Assembly: GCA_964486875.1 (NCBI GenBank)
Contig: CAZAPC010000002.1
Location: 1 to 30,725 of the forward strand
Reading direction: 5' to 3'
Source: an uncultured Planctomycetales bacterium
GTDB lineage: Bacteria; Omnitrophota; Gorgyraeia; Gygaellales; Profunditerraquicolaceae
Length of the DNA stretch: 30,725 nucleotides
Shown here: positions 26,551 through 30,725 of the stretch, in pieces
Layout: each line of letters opens with the position of its first letter
How positions within the stretch are numbered: position 1 is the first letter of the stretch
Notes under the pieces: generated by a model
What the model was told of the DNA's origin: nothing
What the model saw: only the letters and a program-made list of their open reading frames with translations
Database searches by the model: none
Made by a program: the position numbers and the translations under genes

Positions 26551-27276
26551 TTAAGCGACAACCGTACCGATCTTTTCTCCCAGGACAACGCGTTTAATAT
26601 TACCGGGCTTATTCAGGTTGAATACTACTATGGGAAGGCTATTATCCATACAAAGGCTGATTGCAGTTGCATCCATAACCTTAAGCCCCTTCTTCAATAC
26701 TTCAATATATTTTAACTTTGAGAATTTTTTTGCGCTTTTTACCTTTAACGGGTCTGCCGAATAGACGCCATCCACCTGAGTCCCTTTAAGTATAGCATCG
26801 GCATTTATCTCCATTGCACGCAAAGCCGCAGCCGTATCAGTGGTAAAATACGGATTGCCTGTCCCGGCAACGAATATAACCACCCTGCCCTTCTCCAGAT
26901 GCCTTATAGCGCGCCTTCTTATATAAGGTTCGGCAATACGCTCCATATCAATTGCCGTCATAACCCGGGTGGGGACTTTTGACTTCTCTAAAACATCCTG
27001 CAAGGCTAGGCCGTTAATAACCGTAGCCAGCATGCCCATATAATCAGCCACAGACCTATCCATATCCAGGCCGCGGGAACCGGTATTTTCCTGGCCGCGG
27101 AAAATATTGCCTGCGCCCAGCACAACCGCAACATCTACTTTCAAATCACGGATTTCTTTAATCTGGCGGGCGATAGATATTAACACAACATGGTCTATAC
27201 CGTGGGATTTCTCCCCTTGCAGGGCCTCACCGCTTAATTTAAGGACTATTCTTTTATAAGCTGAAGAAACTGCCAT
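26551..27276 (-). CDS. pyrH: Uridylate kinase
   Basis: [34 protein letters not shown] and DGVYSADP motifs. Confidence 0.98.
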   Translation of the reverse strand: MAVSSAYKRIVLKLSGEALQGEKSHGIDHVVLISIARQIKEIRDLKVDVAVVLGAGNIFRGQENTGSRGLDMDRSVADYMGMLATVINGLALQDVLEKSKVPTRVMTAIDMERIAEPYIRRRAIRHLEKGRVVIFVAGTGNPYFTTDTAAALRAMEINADAILKGTQVDGVYSADPLKVKSAKKFSKLKYIEVLKKGLKVMDATAISLCMDNSLPIVVFNLNKPGNIKRVVLGEKIGTVVA

Positions 27277-27800
27277 TATTCGCCGATCTTATAACGCATA
27301 AATCGGCGTATAACTACATTCTCGCCGACCTTAGCTACAATGCTGCCCAAATAATCATTAACTGTTATAGACTGATCCTTTACAAAAACTTGCTCCAAAA
27401 GGCAGTGATTTTTATAAAAATCATCTTTGCTCTTTTCATTCTCCAACACCTCTGCCGGGACATCATCTTTCTTTAAATATAGCGGGCTTGTTGCAGCTAT
27501 CTGCATAGCCACATCCTTGGTAAACCTAGCGAAATCTTCATTACGCGCCACAAAATCAGACTCACAGTTTACCTCAAGCAAAACCCCGATCTTATTGCCA
27601 TGATGTATATACGCCTCTATCCTTCCCTCTTTTGCCGCGCGGGATTGCTTTTTCGCGGCAATCTCTAAACCTTGCTTGCGTAATAAAACCGCCGCCTTTT
27701 TAATGTCTCCCTGGGACTCTTCAAGCGCCTTTTTGCAATGCGCCACGCTTGAAGAAGTAATTTCCCTCAATTCCTTTATTAAATCTACCGAAATCTTCAT
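27276..27800 (-). CDS. tsf: Elongation factor Ts (short type, 174 aa)
   Basis: [30 protein letters not shown] and RRF motifs; located between rpsB and pyrH. Confidence 0.96.
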   Translation of the reverse strand: MKISVDLIKELREITSSSVAHCKKALEESQGDIKKAAVLLRKQGLEIAAKKQSRAAKEGRIEAYIHHGNKIGVLLEVNCESDFVARNEDFARFTKDVAMQIAATSPLYLKKDDVPAEVLENEKSKDDFYKNHCLLEQVFVKDQSITVNDYLGSIVAKVGENVVIRRFMRYKIGE

Positions 27801-27806
27801 CTTGAA

Positions 27807-28700
27807 TTATACCTTTCTTTTGCCTTTAATCTTAGGCTCCGCCGGTTTGACGTGCCCCTTTTTTAATGTTTTACCCTCTTCATCTATAGGCTCTATAGTT
27901 TCCACTATTTTTTCTATCTCTTTTATTTTTATCTCCTCTTCCGGCAAAAGACCTGGCTCAGCTTCGCCTTCGCCTGCACCATCAACCTTGACACCCTCCT
28001 GACTTAAATAAGAAAGGAATTTTTTTCTTCCCTCTATGATCGTATCAGTAATGATCCCAGCCACCGCCTTAATAGACTTAGTAGCATCATCATTGCCGGG
28101 TATAGGATAATCTATTAAATCAGGGTTAGAGTTGGTATCGATTAGCGCAACTATCGGAATACGCAGCCTCCTTGCTTCCTTTACTGCCGTATCTTCCTTG
28201 TAGGTATCTATAATAAACATCGCCTTGGGCATTTTCTCCATAGGAACAATACCAGCAAAGTTTTTGTTAAGTTTAGCTAATTCTTTTTCTAAGGCAGCAA
28301 TCTCTTTTTTGGTAATCTTTGCAAACGTCCCGTCCACGCGCATCTTCTCTATATCCTTGAGGCGGTTTATGCTCTTCTTTATGGTAGAAAAATTAGTAAG
28401 CATTCCTCCCGGCCAACGGTCGGTAACATAATACATCCCGCAGCGCAATGCCTCCTGCTGCATTACTTCCTGCGCCTGCTTCTTGGTTCCTACAAACAGC
28501 ACGAATTCACCCTTAGAAGTTATATCCATGAGGAAATCGCGGGCGCGGTTAATACACTCTTCTGACTTTTCCAGGTCAATTATATAGATCCCGCTCCTTG
28601 AGCCGAAAATAAATTTTTTCATTTTCGGGTTCCACCTCTTGGTCTGATGCCCGAAATGAACCCCTGCTTCTAATAACTGCTTTATTAAATCTGATGGCAC
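27807..28700 (-). CDS. rpsB: 30S ribosomal protein S2
   Basis: LLEAGVHFGHQT, WNPKM, FVGTK, RWPGGMLTNF and IPGNDDA motifs. Confidence 0.99.
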   Translation of the reverse strand: MPSDLIKQLLEAGVHFGHQTKRWNPKMKKFIFGSRSGIYIIDLEKSEECINRARDFLMDITSKGEFVLFVGTKKQAQEVMQQEALRCGMYYVTDRWPGGMLTNFSTIKKSINRLKDIEKMRVDGTFAKITKKEIAALEKELAKLNKNFAGIVPMEKMPKAMFIIDTYKEDTAVKEARRLRIPIVALIDTNSNPDLIDYPIPGNDDATKSIKAVAGIITDTIIEGRKKFLSYLSQEGVKVDGAGEGEAEPGLLPEEEIKIKEIEKIVETIEPIDEEGKTLKKGHVKPAEPKIKGKRKV

Positions 28701-28764
28701 GTCTTATTCCCCCTGTTAAATTGTTAATATAGCTCAAACCCGTTCAATCAACATTTAGTGGAGT

Positions 28765-28793
28765 ATTATACTTAAAAAAAGAAGAGTTTGCAA
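28765..28793 (-). promoter_or_regulatory. Sigma70-type promoter for rpsB-tsf-pyrH-frr
   Basis: The minus strand reads TTGCAA-N17-TATAAT. Confidence 0.8.
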
Positions 28794-30584
28794 CTATTTT
28801 TGTATCTTTTGAATAGAATAAAGACTCTTGTACAAACCACCCTTATCTAAAAGCTCCTGGTGCGTGCCTGCTTCGGCAATAGCACCCTTATCCATAACCA
28901 CTATCCTGTGTGCGTTGCGCACCGTAGAAAGCCTGTGTGCGATAACAAATACAGTCCTGCCCTCTACAAGCCTATCTAAAGCCTCCTGGACTACCCCCTC
29001 AGAGTGAGAATCTAACTGAGAGGTAGCCTCATCAAGAATCAATATTGGAGGATTTTTTAAAAGCGCGCGGGCTATTGCTATCCTTTGGCGTTCCCCTCCT
29101 GAAATACGCATGCCCCTGTCTCCGATAAAGGTATCATATCCTGAAGGCAATTTCATTATAAAATCATGGGCGTTAGCCTGGCGGGCTGCCTCCTCTACCT
29201 CTTTATCTGTTGCCCCCGGATTACCATAAACTATATTCTTTTTAATACTATCGTTAAATAGAATAGTCTCCTGCGAAACTATACCGATCATATTACGCAG
29301 AGACTTTAAAGTAATATCTTTTATATCCACGCCGTCAATCGTTACCCTCCCTCGGTTAGGGTCATAAAAACGCGGAATTAAGTCCAAAAGTGTCGTCTTC
29401 CCCGTACCGCTGGGACCTACAATAGCGAACATAGAGCCATAAGGCACATCCAAATTTATCCCTTTGAGCACCTGGTCATGGCCATAGCTGAACCAGACAT
29501 CGTCAAACACAATGCGGTCCTTAAAAACTTTAAGATCGTATGCCGTAATAGACTCTGCGACCGAAGGCTTAGCCTCTAAAACCTCGTATATCCTGTCACT
29601 TGCTGCTACCGCCTGCTGGTTTAAGGAATTCACCTGGCTTAATTTCTTAAAAGGGCGGATAGTCGATAAAAGTGAGCCGATGAAGAGCCCGAAGACGCCA
29701 AAAGAAATCTTTCCCGCGATTACTTCTCTTCCCCCTAAATAAAATACCGTAACCCCCGCAAGACATCCTAAGATCTCGGTAACCGGGCTTAACAGAAGCG
29801 TGCGCTTAATAGACTTCATCGAGATACGGTAAGCATCATTATTAATCTTATTAAATTTATTTATTTCATATGACTCCATATTGAAAGCCTTGACAATGCG
29901 CGCTCCGGTAATGGTTTCGTAGAGGACAGAGTTTATATCCGCAGCATTCTCTTGAGAACTGCGCGACAACTTTCTTAATTTCTTGCCTACCTTTGAAATG
30001 GTAAACCCGAGTATTGCCAGCGGAGGCAGAATAAAAATAACAAACTTAGGGTATATAAAAAGCGTGAGCGAAAAGAATATTACAACCTGCAGCCCCTGGT
30101 AGACTAAATCCGTCGAGCCGTAAGATACGGCATTTTCAACCACCCTGGCATCATTAGTGATTCGAGAAATCATTTCTCCCCCGCGCTTATGGGTAAAATA
30201 ATCCAGGGAGAGGTCCTGAAATCTTGCGTAAAGTTTTGCCTTGATATCCCTTACTATGCGCTGGCCGATATCCGACATGAAATAACTCTGCAAAAAACCG
30301 AAAACCCCCTTGACTATAAAAAGCAGAACAATCGCCGCCGCCATATACCCTAGAAGCGCTTCTGCAGGAACATTATTTATCTTATCCACAAGATTGCTTA
30401 GAAAATCAGGCAGTTTGGCAGGTATAATGATTTTCTTATTAGTAAGGACCTTGTCCGCCAGAGGAACCATCATTGCAAGTGACACGCCGTCAAATATAGC
30501 AGAAAATCCCATGCAGACTGCAGCAAAGATAAAAATCCCCAGATAAGGCCTGATAAATCTCAGCAGCTTAAAATAATCACGCAT
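28794..30584 (-). CDS. msbA: MsbA-like ABC exporter (TMD+NBD); start revised to the ATG at 30584
   Basis: Walker A GPSGTGKT, signature ISGGERQR, Walker B ILILDE and H-loop IAHRL. SD AGGAG lies 9 nt before ATG 30584. The track's upstream ATG (30650) lies upstream of the predicted promoter. Confidence 0.8.
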   Translation of the reverse strand: MRDYFKLLRFIRPYLGIFIFAAVCMGFSAIFDGVSLAMMVPLADKVLTNKKIIIPAKLPDFLSNLVDKINNVPAEALLGYMAAAIVLLFIVKGVFGFLQSYFMSDIGQRIVRDIKAKLYARFQDLSLDYFTHKRGGEMISRITNDARVVENAVSYGSTDLVYQGLQVVIFFSLTLFIYPKFVIFILPPLAILGFTISKVGKKLRKLSRSSQENAADINSVLYETITGARIVKAFNMESYEINKFNKINNDAYRISMKSIKRTLLLSPVTEILGCLAGVTVFYLGGREVIAGKISFGVFGLFIGSLLSTIRPFKKLSQVNSLNQQAVAASDRIYEVLEAKPSVAESITAYDLKVFKDRIVFDDVWFSYGHDQVLKGINLDVPYGSMFAIVGPSGTGKTTLLDLIPRFYDPNRGRVTIDGVDIKDITLKSLRNMIGIVSQETILFNDSIKKNIVYGNPGATDKEVEEAARQANAHDFIMKLPSGYDTFIGDRGMRISGGERQRIAIARALLKNPPILILDEATSQLDSHSEGVVQEALDRLVEGRTVFVIAHRLSTVRNAHRIVVMDKGAIAEAGTHQELLDKGGLYKSLYSIQKIQK

Positions 30585-30609
30585 ATTTTTATTCTCCTGT
30601 AAAGGTTGT

Positions 30610-30638
30610 ATTTTATCATAGCGATTGACTTTTGTCGA
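30610..30638 (-). promoter_or_regulatory. Sigma70-type promoter for the msbA-like gene
   Basis: The minus strand reads TCGACA-N17-TAAAAT with a TGn extended -10. Confidence 0.65.
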
Positions 30639-30725
30639 GCCCCGTTGCAACTATTTTCTTAGAAAATAAGGATAATGTAAAATATATTTCGCACTTTTGA
30701 TATTGCCTTTGGAGTAAAAAAGGCA

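Noticed and set aside
1507-30546. All plus-strand ORFs in the track (e.g. 5256-5624, 17254-17796, 22279-22842, 23935-24402) and the nested minus-strand ORFs 12456-12722 and 15475-15666
   Set aside because: They lie antisense to, or out of frame within, well-supported conserved genes and show no recognisable motifs. They are treated as shadow ORFs.
30585-30650. 22-aa N-terminal extension of the ABC exporter given in the ORF track
   Set aside because: It spans the predicted promoter, whereas ATG 30584 has a well-spaced SD.

Overview
A 30.7-kb core-genome window from a bacterium with roughly low-40s% GC. Gene style suggests the PVC superphylum / Ca. Omnitrophota, but that is inference only. Every credible gene lies on the minus strand, in one tightly packed run. 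In transcription order it reads: msbA-like ABC exporter; rpsB-tsf-pyrH-frr; tRNA-Lys/Leu/Gly; a permease-less PTS cluster (EIIA, yvcK, HPr, EI); a sugar-phosphate nucleotidyltransferase; metK-ahcY; pfkA-fba; ilvD-ilvB-ilvN-ilvC-leuA; aroE; pilD; malQ; ttcA; rmuC; DUF167; pgeF; an 81-aa hypothetical; cutA-ccdA-tlpA; a LUD-domain protein; and a truncated core-MetE/MesB-like methionine synthase. No transposase, integrase, phage gene or CRISPR array is present. The most unusual signal is non-coding, with several families of palindromic elements in the short intergenic gaps. (1) Two diverged 165-183-bp nested hairpins, 20 kb apart, have covarying stems and conserved bulges. (2) Two ~90%-identical 73-bp elements each overlap a TAG stop codon. 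(3) A 119-bp hairpin-rich segment is bounded by a 25-bp duplication of the tRNA-Lys 3' end. (4) Mutually exclusive hairpins occupy the tRNA-Lys leader. Coding oddities include an apparent ATA start codon for the nucleotidyltransferase, an IlvC cofactor loop that looks NADH-type, and a very short EF-Ts.
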